The translations under genes and the position numbers were made by a program. The notes under the pieces are model-generated. The model did no database searches, was not told where the DNA came from, and was given only the letters and a program-made list of their open reading frames with translations. Below, piece by piece: positions 38,667 to 46,888 of a stretch of 64,000 bases of DNA (position 1 is its first letter; each line of letters opens with the position of its first letter). Origin of the DNA: an uncultured Acidobacteriota bacterium (GTDB taxonomy: Bacteria; Acidobacteriota; Thermoanaerobaculia; Multivoradales; UBA5704); NCBI GenBank assembly GCA_963700145.1, contig OY969474.1, forward strand, positions 864,001 to 928,000, in the 5' to 3' direction.

Positions 38667-39974
38667 TCAAGTCTCTCCTCGTTTACGGATCACCAGCCGT
38701 ATCGGCACGCCGGGCAGGTCGAGGGCCTCGCGGACGCGGTTCTCGAGGTAGCGGCGGTAGGTGTCGGCGCGGTGCAGGGTGCGGTTGGCGAAGAGCATGA
38801 AGGTCGGCGGGCCGGTCGAGACCTGGGTCGCGTAGTAGAGCTTCCACGGGTGCCCGTGAACAGCCGGCGGGTGCCGCCGTGCCAGGGCCTTCTCGAAAAG
38901 ACGGTTCACCTCGCCGGTGCCGAGCTCCGTGTTGTAGGCGGCGAGGGCGCGATCGATCGCCGGGAAGAGGCGCTCGACGCCGCGGCCGGTCAAGGCCGAG
39001 ACGTTGACCCGCGGCGGCGTCGCCAGGAGCTGGTCGAGCCGCTCCCAGGAGAGCTCGAGCGCCTCGCGCCGCTCGGCATCGAGCAGGTCCCACTTGTTGA
39101 GGGCCACGACCGCCGCCCGGCCGAGCTCCCAGATCGTGCCGGCGATCGCCAGGTCGCCGCTCGTCACCCCCTGCGCGGCGTCGACGACCAGCACCGCCAC
39201 ATGGGCCCGCTCGATCTGCCGCCGCGCCATCATCACCGCCAGCTCCTCGGCCGCGCCGGTGACCTGGCTGCGGCGGCGGATGCCGGCGGTGTCGATCAGC
39301 AGGTAGCGCTTGTCGCCGCGCTCGATCAGGGTGTCGACCGGGTCGCGCGTGGTACCGGCGACGGGCGAGACGAGCGCGCGCTCGAGCCCGGCGATCTGGT
39401 TCAAGAGCGACGACTTGCCGACGTTGGGGCGGCCGACGATGGCGACGGGGGGCGCCTCGGGCTGCGGCTCTACCGTCACCTCGGGGAGCGCGAGGGCGAG
39501 CGCCTCGCGCAGGTCGGCGACCCCGCCGCCGTGCTCGGCCGAGACCAGAAGGAGGCGGTCGATTCCCAGGCGGTAGAACTCCGAGAAGCGCTCGCGCGCC
39601 TCGCGCGTGTCGCCCTTGTTGACGACGAGGATCGCCGGCTTGCCGTAGGCGCGGAAGCGGCTCCAGACCTCCTCGTCGGCGGCCACCAGGCCCTGCTTGC
39701 CGTCCACCACGAAGAGCAGGAGGTCGCTCTCCTCCACCGCCAGCAGGACCTGGCGGTTCAGGCCCAGCGGGTCGTCGCCGGGGACCAGGCCGCCGGTGTC
39801 GACGATCTGCACCGGGCGGTCGCCGCCGAGGTCGGTCAGGGCGACGATGCGGTCGCGGGTGACGCCGGGGAGGTCGTGGACGATCGCCTGCCGCCGGCCG
39901 ACGAGGCGGTTGAAGAGCGTCGACTTGCCGACGTTCGGGCGGCCGACGATGGCGACGTTCGGGGTCAGCGGCAC
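38667..39974 (-). CDS. der: Ribosome biogenesis GTPase Der (EngA)
   Basis: Two GRPNVGKS G-domains, GVTRD/GTTRD, DTGG/DTAG, NKxD and a KH-like tail. Start could also be 39986 or 40001. Confidence 0.96.
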   Translation of the reverse strand: MPLTPNVAIVGRPNVGKSTLFNRLVGRRQAIVHDLPGVTRDRIVALTDLGGDRPVQIVDTGGLVPGDDPLGLNRQVLLAVEESDLLLFVVDGKQGLVAADEEVWSRFRAYGKPAILVVNKGDTREARERFSEFYRLGIDRLLLVSAEHGGGVADLREALALALPEVTVEPQPEAPPVAIVGRPNVGKSSLLNQIAGLERALVSPVAGTTRDPVDTLIERGDKRYLLIDTAGIRRRSQVTGAAEELAVMMARRQIERAHVAVLVVDAAQGVTSGDLAIAGTIWELGRAAVVALNKWDLLDAERREALELSWERLDQLLATPPRVNVSALTGRGVERLFPAIDRALAAYNTELGTGEVNRLFEKALARRHPPAVHGHPWKLYYATQVSTGPPTFMLFANRTLHRADTYRRYLENRVREALDLPGVPIRLVIRKRGET

Positions 39975-40036
39975 GCCGCGAAGCATATGCGGCGCTTGCA
40001 CTTTCGCCTGGGTGGCCTCACACTTTCCGTCGAGAT

Positions 40037-40435
40037 ATGCGCGAGAGCAGCGAGAAGACCCTGCGCCAGGTGCTGCGCGAGGCGGTGGCCGCCTCCGGCT
40101 GGACGAAGCGCGCCCTGGAGCAGCGGCTGGTCCTCGGCAGCGGCAACCTCGACAAGCTGCTCGACGGGCGGCTGGAGATCAAGGTGCGCCACCTGCGGGC
40201 CTTCGCCGAGCTGCTCGACGTGCCGCTGGCGGACTTCGTGACGCTCGGCTACCCCGAGCAGGCGGCCGCGGCGACGCGCCGGCTCACGGATTGGATCGCG
40301 CCGTCGCACCGCAGCCACGACCTGGCGGCGGTGGTGCGCGCCGCCGTCGAGGAGGAGCTCGCCCGTCGCGAGCGCGCCGCTTCGGCGGGCGAAACGGCGG
40401 CCGGGGATGCCGAAGTGGAGCTTCCGGTCTCCTAG
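40037..40435 (+). CDS. XRE-like helix-turn-helix protein
   Basis: SGWTKRALEQRL.LGSGNL.KLL.GR.EIK..HL....ELLDV pattern. Confidence 0.7.
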   Translation: MRESSEKTLRQVLREAVAASGWTKRALEQRLVLGSGNLDKLLDGRLEIKVRHLRAFAELLDVPLADFVTLGYPEQAAAATRRLTDWIAPSHRSHDLAAVVRAAVEEELARRERAASAGETAAGDAEVELPVS

Positions 40436-40790
40436 TTACGAACTACTGTCCTCCAATTACGAACTCCGGTCCGCGGTTTACGCGGTTCGCCACGCGAATG
40501 GAGGGCTTCTGTCCCCGATCTACGCGGTTCGTCCGGCGTTTGGGCTGGGTCGGCCGGCGAATGGGGCGCCGCGGTCCGCGATCTACTCAGTTCGTCCGGC
40601 GAACCGAGTGGGTTCGGTCCGCGGATTACGAACCGCCGTCCTCTGTTTACTAACTTCGGTCCCCGACCCACTCCAAACGGCGGCCGCGAAGCGGGTTCCT
40701 GTCCTCAACCTACGCAGTTCGCCGGCTGGCAGGCTCATTCGCCGGGCGGAACGATCCCCGCGGCCCTCGATCTACTCGGTTCGACCGCTC
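40427..40790. repeat. Degenerate tandem repeat tract with 21-bp periodicity
   Basis: GTCC/GTCT-initiated units at 40427, 40448, 40469, 40511, 40574, 40617, 40638, 40659 and 40701, plus a GCCC variant at 40763. Consensus is approximately GTCCNCGATCTACNCGGTTCG. Confidence 0.7.
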
Positions 40791-40808
40791 CATCCTAGGA
40801 TCGGCTGT

Positions 40809-41195
40809 ATGAAACCCAAGCATGGTTTCCCGCCGGACGTTCTCGCAGCCATCGCCGCCGGGAAGATCCTCGGCATAAAGGCCGGCCGGGAGCCGCACCG
40901 ATTCATCGGGATCTGGGTGGTGGTCGTGGAGCGGCGGGTGTTTGTGCGGTCGTGGAGCCGCAAGCCGCGGAGCTGGTGGCGGACGTTTCTCGAGGAGCCC
41001 TACGGAGCGATCACCGTCGGCAGCCGCGAGATCCCCGTGCGCGCTATCCAGACGCGGAGCGAGCGCTTGAAAGACGCCGTGACCCAGGCCTACCGGGAGA
41101 AGTACAACACGCCGGGGTCGCTCCAATACGTCCGCGACTTCGCCCGCCCCGAGCGCCGGGCCACGACGACGGAGCTGGTGCCGCTCAACCGCTGA
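40809..41195 (+). CDS. DUF2255 family protein
   Basis: IGIWVVVV..RVFVRSW......W and AY..KY motifs. Start set at ATG 40809 after AGGA. Confidence 0.75.
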   Translation: MKPKHGFPPDVLAAIAAGKILGIKAGREPHRFIGIWVVVVERRVFVRSWSRKPRSWWRTFLEEPYGAITVGSREIPVRAIQTRSERLKDAVTQAYREKYNTPGSLQYVRDFARPERRATTTELVPLNR

Positions 41196-41598
41196 ACGGG
41201 TTCAGGAGCTCCACGCCCGTCCGCTCGACGTGCCGGACGTTGCGGGTGACCAGCGTCAGGCCGTGTACGCTGGCGGTGGCGGCGAGGAGGCCGTCGATGG
41301 GCGGGAGCGGGTCCGGAACGTTGAAGCGCCCCCAACGATCGGCGATGGCCTCATCGACGGGGAGGATCCGCTCCCCCTGCGTCGCGATCACCTCGGCCAA
41401 CCAGACCTCCAGCGCCTGAGCCGACCGCGGGTCCCGCCGCCGGACGCTCTCGATCCCCTGGCGCACCTCGCCAATCGTGAGGACGCTCAAGAAGACCTCC
41501 TCTCGCGGGACCTCGGAGTACCATGCGGCCAGCGCGGCATCGCAGCGCCGGCCCTTGCGCAGCTCGGAGACGACGTTCGTGTCGACGAGGTAGCTCAA
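41185..41598 (-). CDS. vapC: VapC/FitB family PIN-domain toxin
   Basis: YLVDTNVVSELRK, LSVLTIGE, DGLLAATA and LVTRNV.H. Confidence 0.92.
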   Translation of the reverse strand: MSYLVDTNVVSELRKGRRCDAALAAWYSEVPREEVFLSVLTIGEVRQGIESVRRRDPRSAQALEVWLAEVIATQGERILPVDEAIADRWGRFNVPDPLPPIDGLLAATASVHGLTLVTRNVRHVERTGVELLNPFSG

Positions 41599-41840
41599 AG
41601 GTCCACGTCGCGCATGCTGCCTTCGATCCGCTCGAAGTCGGCGTCCTCGCCCACATCCGGCATCTCGAGGAGAAGGTCTTTGAGCGACTTTTTCCTGCTG
41701 GGAAGCAAAGCTTCCCGGAGGATCTCCCGATGCTCCGCCTCGGCCGAGCGGCCATGCCGTGCCGCGCGCAGCTTGAGCTCCCGGACGACCTCCTCGTCGA
41801 GGTTCCGTACGATCAACTGGCTGCTGGCCCTCTTCTTCAT
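41595..41840 (-). CDS. FitA-like ribbon-helix-helix antitoxin
   Basis: QLIVRNLDEEVV..LK.RAARHGRSAEAEHREIL; 4-nt overlap with the toxin gene. Confidence 0.88.
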   Translation of the reverse strand: MKKRASSQLIVRNLDEEVVRELKLRAARHGRSAEAEHREILREALLPSRKKSLKDLLLEMPDVGEDADFERIEGSMRDVDL

Positions 41841-41883
41841 GCTATCAATGCTAGCGCACTGAAGAGGGCGCGACAACAGGGCC

Positions 41884-42141
41884 TCAGCAAACCTCCGCAG
41901 CATCGCAAGCGCAACCTCGGCCCTTGCGGCAGGTGTACCGCCGGCTGATACAGGAGTCGCCGCAAGCCTTCCCGGTCGAGCAGACCTTGCAGCACTTCGA
42001 CGCCGGAATGCAGGTCTTCGCGGCCGGCCGAGCGCGGGCCATCACGACCGACTCGGCCGGCTCCACCGCCGGCGCCGCGAGCCAGAGCGCGATCACCACG
42101 CCGAGGAGGAAACTGGAGGCCCTCACCGTTGGTATGGACAC
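41884..42141 (-). CDS. Small secreted cysteine-rich protein (10 Cys in the last 42 aa)
   Basis: Signal-like FLLGVVIALWLAAPA, then CIPASKCCKVCSTGKACGDSCISRRYTCRKGRGCACDAAEVC. Start is GTG 42141 or 42126. Confidence 0.7.
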   Translation of the reverse strand: MSIPTVRASSFLLGVVIALWLAAPAVEPAESVVMARARPAAKTCIPASKCCKVCSTGKACGDSCISRRYTCRKGRGCACDAAEVC

Positions 42142-42162
42142 GCTTCCGCCCGGGAAGTTTCG

Positions 42163-42191
42163 TTGACGTCCGGGGGTTGTCCCTCTAGAAT
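42163..42191 (+). promoter_or_regulatory. Sigma70 promoter of tRNA-Leu
   Basis: TTGACG-N17-TAGAAT followed by a GC-rich discriminator. Confidence 0.75.
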
Positions 42192-42223
42192 CCGCTGCCT
42201 GCCGCCGGTCAGGCGGCCTCCGT

Positions 42224-42310
42224 GCGAAAGTGGCGGAATTGGTAGACGCGCAAGATTCAGGATCTTGTGGTCGCAAGGCCGTGGGGGTTCGAGTCCCCCC
42301 TTTCGCACCA
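42224..42310 (+). tRNA. tRNA-Leu(CAG)
   Basis: GCGAAAGTGGCGGAATTGGTAGACGCG-CAAGA-TTCAGGA-TCTTG, long variable arm, GGTTCGAGTCC and CCA end; 87 nt. Confidence 0.96.
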
Positions 42311-42745
42311 ATCTCCCGCTTCTAGCTGACCTTCGTACCGGGACCGAGCACAGGCAGGGCGCACCTCCTCCTCCTGCGGCCGTCTCAGCCTGTCCCTGAC
42401 CCAGTGCTCGGGAGGGCGTCGCCGCCGAGCGGGCTCTCGGGCGCAGCGCAGAAGCGGTGCCGACTCACCCCCTGTTATACTGACTTAACTGATCACTATT
42501 GGATCGCAGAGACACCAGTCGACCGGTCGTGGTCTCAATAGGCCGCGGCGACGAACCGCAAATTGCGCGAAGACCGCAACGGCTGTGCGCCCCGAGGGCA
42601 AGCTTTAGGGCGCGCAGTTGATCAGCTCCGAGGCGCTCGGAGAGACCCATTTGCCTCTCATGCTGCGCGGGAAAAACCCGATCTCCGCAAAAGCCGGCAG
42701 GTGCCCCGCACCCCTCGGGCCGCAAGGCCCTAACTGGGCAGATTG

Positions 42746-45700
42746 ATGCGGACGTTGCGAGCGGTGACGAGGTCGCGGACCAGCCGCTGGCTTGCCGTAG
42801 CCATCGTTGTGGCCACTCTCGGTGCAACCGCCGTTGTGCTTCGTGTTCGTACGCGCGAGGTCGAGCCGTTGGCCGTGTTGACGAGAGCCGCAAGCGCCCT
42901 GGACTATCGCCTGGCTGAGGGACGGCTCTCCAGCGCATTCGAGCATCGCGAGCTGCGTGTGAGGCGGAACGGCACCCAGGCCTTCAATTTCGTCGCTGTC
43001 CGCCGCGCAGCTGCCGAGTTGCGGTCGCAATGGGAAGAGGAAGGCACACCAGAAGCGGGGCAGTGGGCAGGAATGGCGCTGCTCGTCGCCGGAGACACCG
43101 AGCGTGCGGCGACCACGCTCATCGCGGCGCTCCAGCGTACGGCTGGAGAGCGCGATCCGGTGCGTGCAATCGCCAAGTGCGACGACCCCAACCTCCTCAC
43201 CGTTTTCAGCGCCGCCGCATTGCAGCGGGCGGCCGCTTCCGGGCGCGCCCACGATCTGCTGCTGGCCTTCGAGTCGGCGGATCGAGCGTGGCGCCTGGAC
43301 CGCGATGCGAACGCGGCGTGGAATCGCGCGCTCGCGGCGGAGCGGCTGGGAGCGCTCGTGGCGGCCGCGCACGCATGGGAGGAGGTAGTCGTCCTGGATC
43401 GGCTTTCGAGCTGGTCGCAGGAAGGTAGAGCGCGCCACGCCGCCGCGGTCCGGCTGGCCGAGGCTGTGTTGCCCGAATCAATCGAAGCATTTTTCCATCG
43501 ACAGTTGACCGTCCGCGCGATCTCGCTCCTGGAGGGCGGGGCGAGCCCTGCGCCGTCGGATACCCTCCATCCCTCGCGGCTCGACCCGATTCCGGGCGAC
43601 CATCTGGCTTCCGACACCACGGCGGCCGTCCTTCGCATCCGCCGGCAAGGGAGCGCCGCCGATCGTGCCCGGCTCAGCTCCGCGCTGGCGGCGTATACGC
43701 GCGCACGCGACGCGTTCGAGGACGATTCGCTCGAGGATGCGCGCCAGCAGTTTGAGCGCGTGGAGAACGAACTCCGTGCGCTCGACGTTCCATTCGCCTT
43801 GCTCGCCCGCGATCAACGGATCCGCAGTGGGTGCTCGCAGGCTGCAAGGCCGGGCTGCCTCGCTGACCTGCGGTCGCTTCGCGCGGAGCTCCTCGCATCG
43901 GGGCGCTATCCATGGCTCGCGGCGCGCGCGGCCTGCGCTCGAGGACAAGCCCTTTTCCGCCGTGGCCTGATCTATGACGCGGCGGCGTGGCTCCAGAAGG
44001 GGCAGGATGAGCTCCGCAGGCTGAACGATCCCGCGCTCGAGAGCCTGACAGCTTCGATGCTCGCAAACGCCTATGCCGCCGCCGGCGAAAAAGAAGCCGC
44101 CCTCGAGCAGTACCTCGCGGCGATTCGCCGCCGCTCGGCGCAGAGCGGTGACCGCCGACGCCGGCAGCTCGAAGACGTCATCGTGTTCGCCCTGCGCCAC
44201 GGATTCGTCGGCACCGCCGACCTACTGCTCGACGAGCTTCACCCGCTGCCGTCGACCGCGGCCGGCCTCGTGCTCGAGTCGACTCTGCGCGGCGTCATGG
44301 CCGGCCGTCGCGGCGATCCCGCGGCGGCGACGAAGCACTTCGAAAGGTCCCACGAGCTGCTCACCGCCGTTCGCGACCCCGACGCGCGCGCCGACGTACG
44401 GCGATCCCTCGCGATCGCGGAGAGCGAGCTGCAGCTCCTGTTCCCCGATTCGAATATCGCTCAGCTCAACGCCGCCGTAGCGGAGCACGAGAACGAACAG
44501 TTCTCGATATGGCTGCCGATCCTGCTCAGCAAGCGGGGAGCGGTTTTCGAGGAGCGCAATGAGCTGGTCCTCGCCGAGGACGACTACCGACGTGCCGTCG
44601 AGATCGTCGAGCAGCGTGAGCCGCGAATCGACCAGAGTGTCCTGAGCCTTGGCTTGGCGATCGAGCAGGACTCGCCGTTCGACCGCCTGATCCGGCTGTT
44701 GATGAGGCAACAGAGGATTACTGCTGCCTTGTCGATTGCCCAACGCGCCAGCGCGCTTCGCATCTCTTCACTCCACGCGAGGAGCGAGGGAGTGCGCGAT
44801 GTCTTTGATGCGGCGCGCGGGGCAGCGAACGACGACGGCATCGCGGGTACGCAGCGATTGCTGGATGGCGGTGAAGTCGCCGTGGTGCAGTACCTCCTTC
44901 GTGATGAGCTGACCACCTGGATCGTCACACCGCGTGCGATTCGCGCCATCCACCAGCCTGTTCGCGCCCAGGACCTCGTCGCCTTGGTCAACGACCTTCG
45001 TACCTGCGCACAGCGAACGGGTTGCCACGGTGACACGACCCTGGAGCTGGCGTCCGATCTCCTGCTCCGCGGCTGGATAGCGACGGTCCCGCGCGGCGCG
45101 ACGCTGCTGGTCCAGCCCCCGCACGAGCTGCAAGCCATCCCTCTGGCGCTCTTGAAGACGCTCGAGGGCGAGACGCTGCTCGCGCGCAACGCCCTCACGA
45201 CGACACCCAGCCTTCACGCGTTTGTGCGTGCCGCCGCCCTGGATGCTCAGCGGGCGGGTGGTGTGAGCGCGTTCTTCGCCGCCGCATCGCGCCCGGGGGC
45301 CGGCCACACCGCGCTTCCGCTGGCGGAGAGCGAAGTGACGCAGTCGTCTCGCTTCTACGAGCACGCCGAGGTCGACGCTCACGCCACTCGCACGTCGTTC
45401 CTGCAACGGTCGCCGTCGTTCTCCGTTCTCCACTTCGCTGGCCATGCTTTCGTCAACGACGAGCAGCCGCTACGTTCGGCGCTCGTCTTCGAACCAAGTG
45501 GTGAGGAGGGCGGCTCGACGTTGCTGCCGATGCACGAGCTCGATGAACAATCCTTCGCCAAAGCACGGCTGGTCGTCCTCTCGGGCTGCGAGACGGGACG
45601 CGCGCCGCGCCCGACCATGAGCCTCGCCGGCGCCCTGCTCAGCCAGGGCGTGCCGTCGGTGGTCTACGCCTCATGGCCGATCGAGGACGAGGCCGCGGAG

Positions 45701-45886
45701 GAGTTCGCCGTCGCGCTTCATCGGGCAGTCGCCGCCGGGCGCGGCCGTGCCGAAGCAGTTCGCGAGGCCCAGCTATCGATGTTGGAAAGTTACCCCAACC
45801 GGCCCAGCTGGTGGGCAGCATTCGCGCTCGCCGGCGCGCCCGGCCCAATCACCGAGGCGAGACAGGAGGAACGTGATGGCAAATGA
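42746..45886 (+). CDS. N-terminally anchored TPR-like + CHAT (caspase-related) protease
   Basis: N-terminal hydrophobic helix, helical repeats, LHFAGHA and VVLSGCETG dyad, and C-terminal P.WWAAF. Confidence 0.88.
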   Translation: MRTLRAVTRSRTSRWLAVAIVVATLGATAVVLRVRTREVEPLAVLTRAASALDYRLAEGRLSSAFEHRELRVRRNGTQAFNFVAVRRAAAELRSQWEEEGTPEAGQWAGMALLVAGDTERAATTLIAALQRTAGERDPVRAIAKCDDPNLLTVFSAAALQRAAASGRAHDLLLAFESADRAWRLDRDANAAWNRALAAERLGALVAAAHAWEEVVVLDRLSSWSQEGRARHAAAVRLAEAVLPESIEAFFHRQLTVRAISLLEGGASPAPSDTLHPSRLDPIPGDHLASDTTAAVLRIRRQGSAADRARLSSALAAYTRARDAFEDDSLEDARQQFERVENELRALDVPFALLARDQRIRSGCSQAARPGCLADLRSLRAELLASGRYPWLAARAACARGQALFRRGLIYDAAAWLQKGQDELRRLNDPALESLTASMLANAYAAAGEKEAALEQYLAAIRRRSAQSGDRRRRQLEDVIVFALRHGFVGTADLLLDELHPLPSTAAGLVLESTLRGVMAGRRGDPAAATKHFERSHELLTAVRDPDARADVRRSLAIAESELQLLFPDSNIAQLNAAVAEHENEQFSIWLPILLSKRGAVFEERNELVLAEDDYRRAVEIVEQREPRIDQSVLSLGLAIEQDSPFDRLIRLLMRQQRITAALSIAQRASALRISSLHARSEGVRDVFDAARGAANDDGIAGTQRLLDGGEVAVVQYLLRDELTTWIVTPRAIRAIHQPVRAQDLVALVNDLRTCAQRTGCHGDTTLELASDLLLRGWIATVPRGATLLVQPPHELQAIPLALLKTLEGETLLARNALTTTPSLHAFVRAAALDAQRAGGVSAFFAAASRPGAGHTALPLAESEVTQSSRFYEHAEVDAHATRTSFLQRSPSFSVLHFAGHAFVNDEQPLRSALVFEPSGEEGGSTLLPMHELDEQSFAKARLVVLSGCETGRAPRPTMSLAGALLSQGVPSVVYASWPIEDEAAEEFAVALHRAVAAGRGRAEAVREAQLSMLESYPNRPSWWAAFALAGAPGPITEARQEERDGK

Positions 45887-46850
45887 GCTGCGCATCATCA
45901 TCGAAGGGATCGTGGTACTAGTACCGGGCCCTCCCAGCGATGGGTCGGACCACACTCCGGGACCGCTCTACGGCGTCATGCCGCGACTGACACGGCACGA
46001 GTCGCGCTATTCGAAGCTCAGCGCACACCGACCCGTGTACATTCCCGCGCACCTTCCGGCGGTCTTCACGAAGCTGAAGCCGGTGGAGGATTCGCGTCCC
46101 GCCGACGACAAGCATGGCAAGTTCTCCATCTGGTATCCCATGCGCGAGCGGATGGAGCTGCACTTCAGTGCCTTTGCAGAGCCGAGCGATCTCCGCTGGG
46201 TCCGTACAGGCGGCCCACCCTCGCCGCTGCCGGATCCGGATCCAGATCCGCTCCTGGACATCGCCTTCATCGCGGACTTTCGTGAGACCTGGCCAGTGCG
46301 CGGGCAGGTAGGCAAAGGGATGTTGGAGAAGGCGCACCCCGTATCGGAGGCCGTTGCCTGTCAACTGCTCGTTCCCTCGGGCTGGGTAGGTAGTCACGGC
46401 GAGTTCAAGAAGGTGGATCCTGCCGAGGCCATCTTCCTGCCCAAGCGGACTCCCAAACCGGTCACCAAGAAGCTCTTGCCACAGGTGGTGGTGAGCGTCA
46501 GGACGGATCGCGTGGAGTTCCGAATGTACTCGCTGGACACCGGCGAGGAGCTCGACTCGCTGGCCTTCCTGGTGGAGGATCTAAAACAGCCGAGCGTGAT
46601 CCGCATCGCGAACGGCGATCCGAAGAACATTCGCTACGTCATCGAGCATCTCGAGACCCCTGACAAGGCAAGCGAGCCGGTCGGCATCAAGCCCAGCCAC
46701 GACGGGAACTTCGGCGACATCGACTTCGAAGGGGGGTACAGCGTTCTCGCTGGCAAGGATGACGGCGGGTACCTCCCCATTCCGTGGGTCCCCAGTGTAT
46801 TTGGAGAGCGCAACTGCAATACCGGGTTTGCGAATCCACCAGAGGAGTAG
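45876..46850 (+). CDS. Hypothetical protein translationally coupled to the CHAT protease
   Basis: AGGAGGA SD and ATG 45876 (MANELRIIIEGIVVLVP), overlapping the CHAT gene by 11 nt. Confidence 0.78.
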   Translation: MANELRIIIEGIVVLVPGPPSDGSDHTPGPLYGVMPRLTRHESRYSKLSAHRPVYIPAHLPAVFTKLKPVEDSRPADDKHGKFSIWYPMRERMELHFSAFAEPSDLRWVRTGGPPSPLPDPDPDPLLDIAFIADFRETWPVRGQVGKGMLEKAHPVSEAVACQLLVPSGWVGSHGEFKKVDPAEAIFLPKRTPKPVTKKLLPQVVVSVRTDRVEFRMYSLDTGEELDSLAFLVEDLKQPSVIRIANGDPKNIRYVIEHLETPDKASEPVGIKPSHDGNFGDIDFEGGYSVLAGKDDGGYLPIPWVPSVFGERNCNTGFANPPEE

Positions 46851-46888
46851 GTGCCGGGAACCTTGCTCGCCCCAACTGAGGAGGGTGT

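Noticed and set aside
40427-40790. CRISPR array
   Set aside because: The units are degenerate and contiguous, with no identical repeats separated by unique spacers, and no cas genes are present.
40407-40808. N-terminal 134-aa extension of the DUF2255 ORF
   Set aside because: It is a translation of the repeat tract and overlaps the HTH gene end. The recognisable domain starts at ATG 40809.
42224-46880. Integrative element or prophage at tRNA-Leu (or tRNA-Pro)
   Set aside because: No integrase was found, and I could not see a duplicated tRNA 3' end (att site) by eye. Only the composition shift is suggestive.
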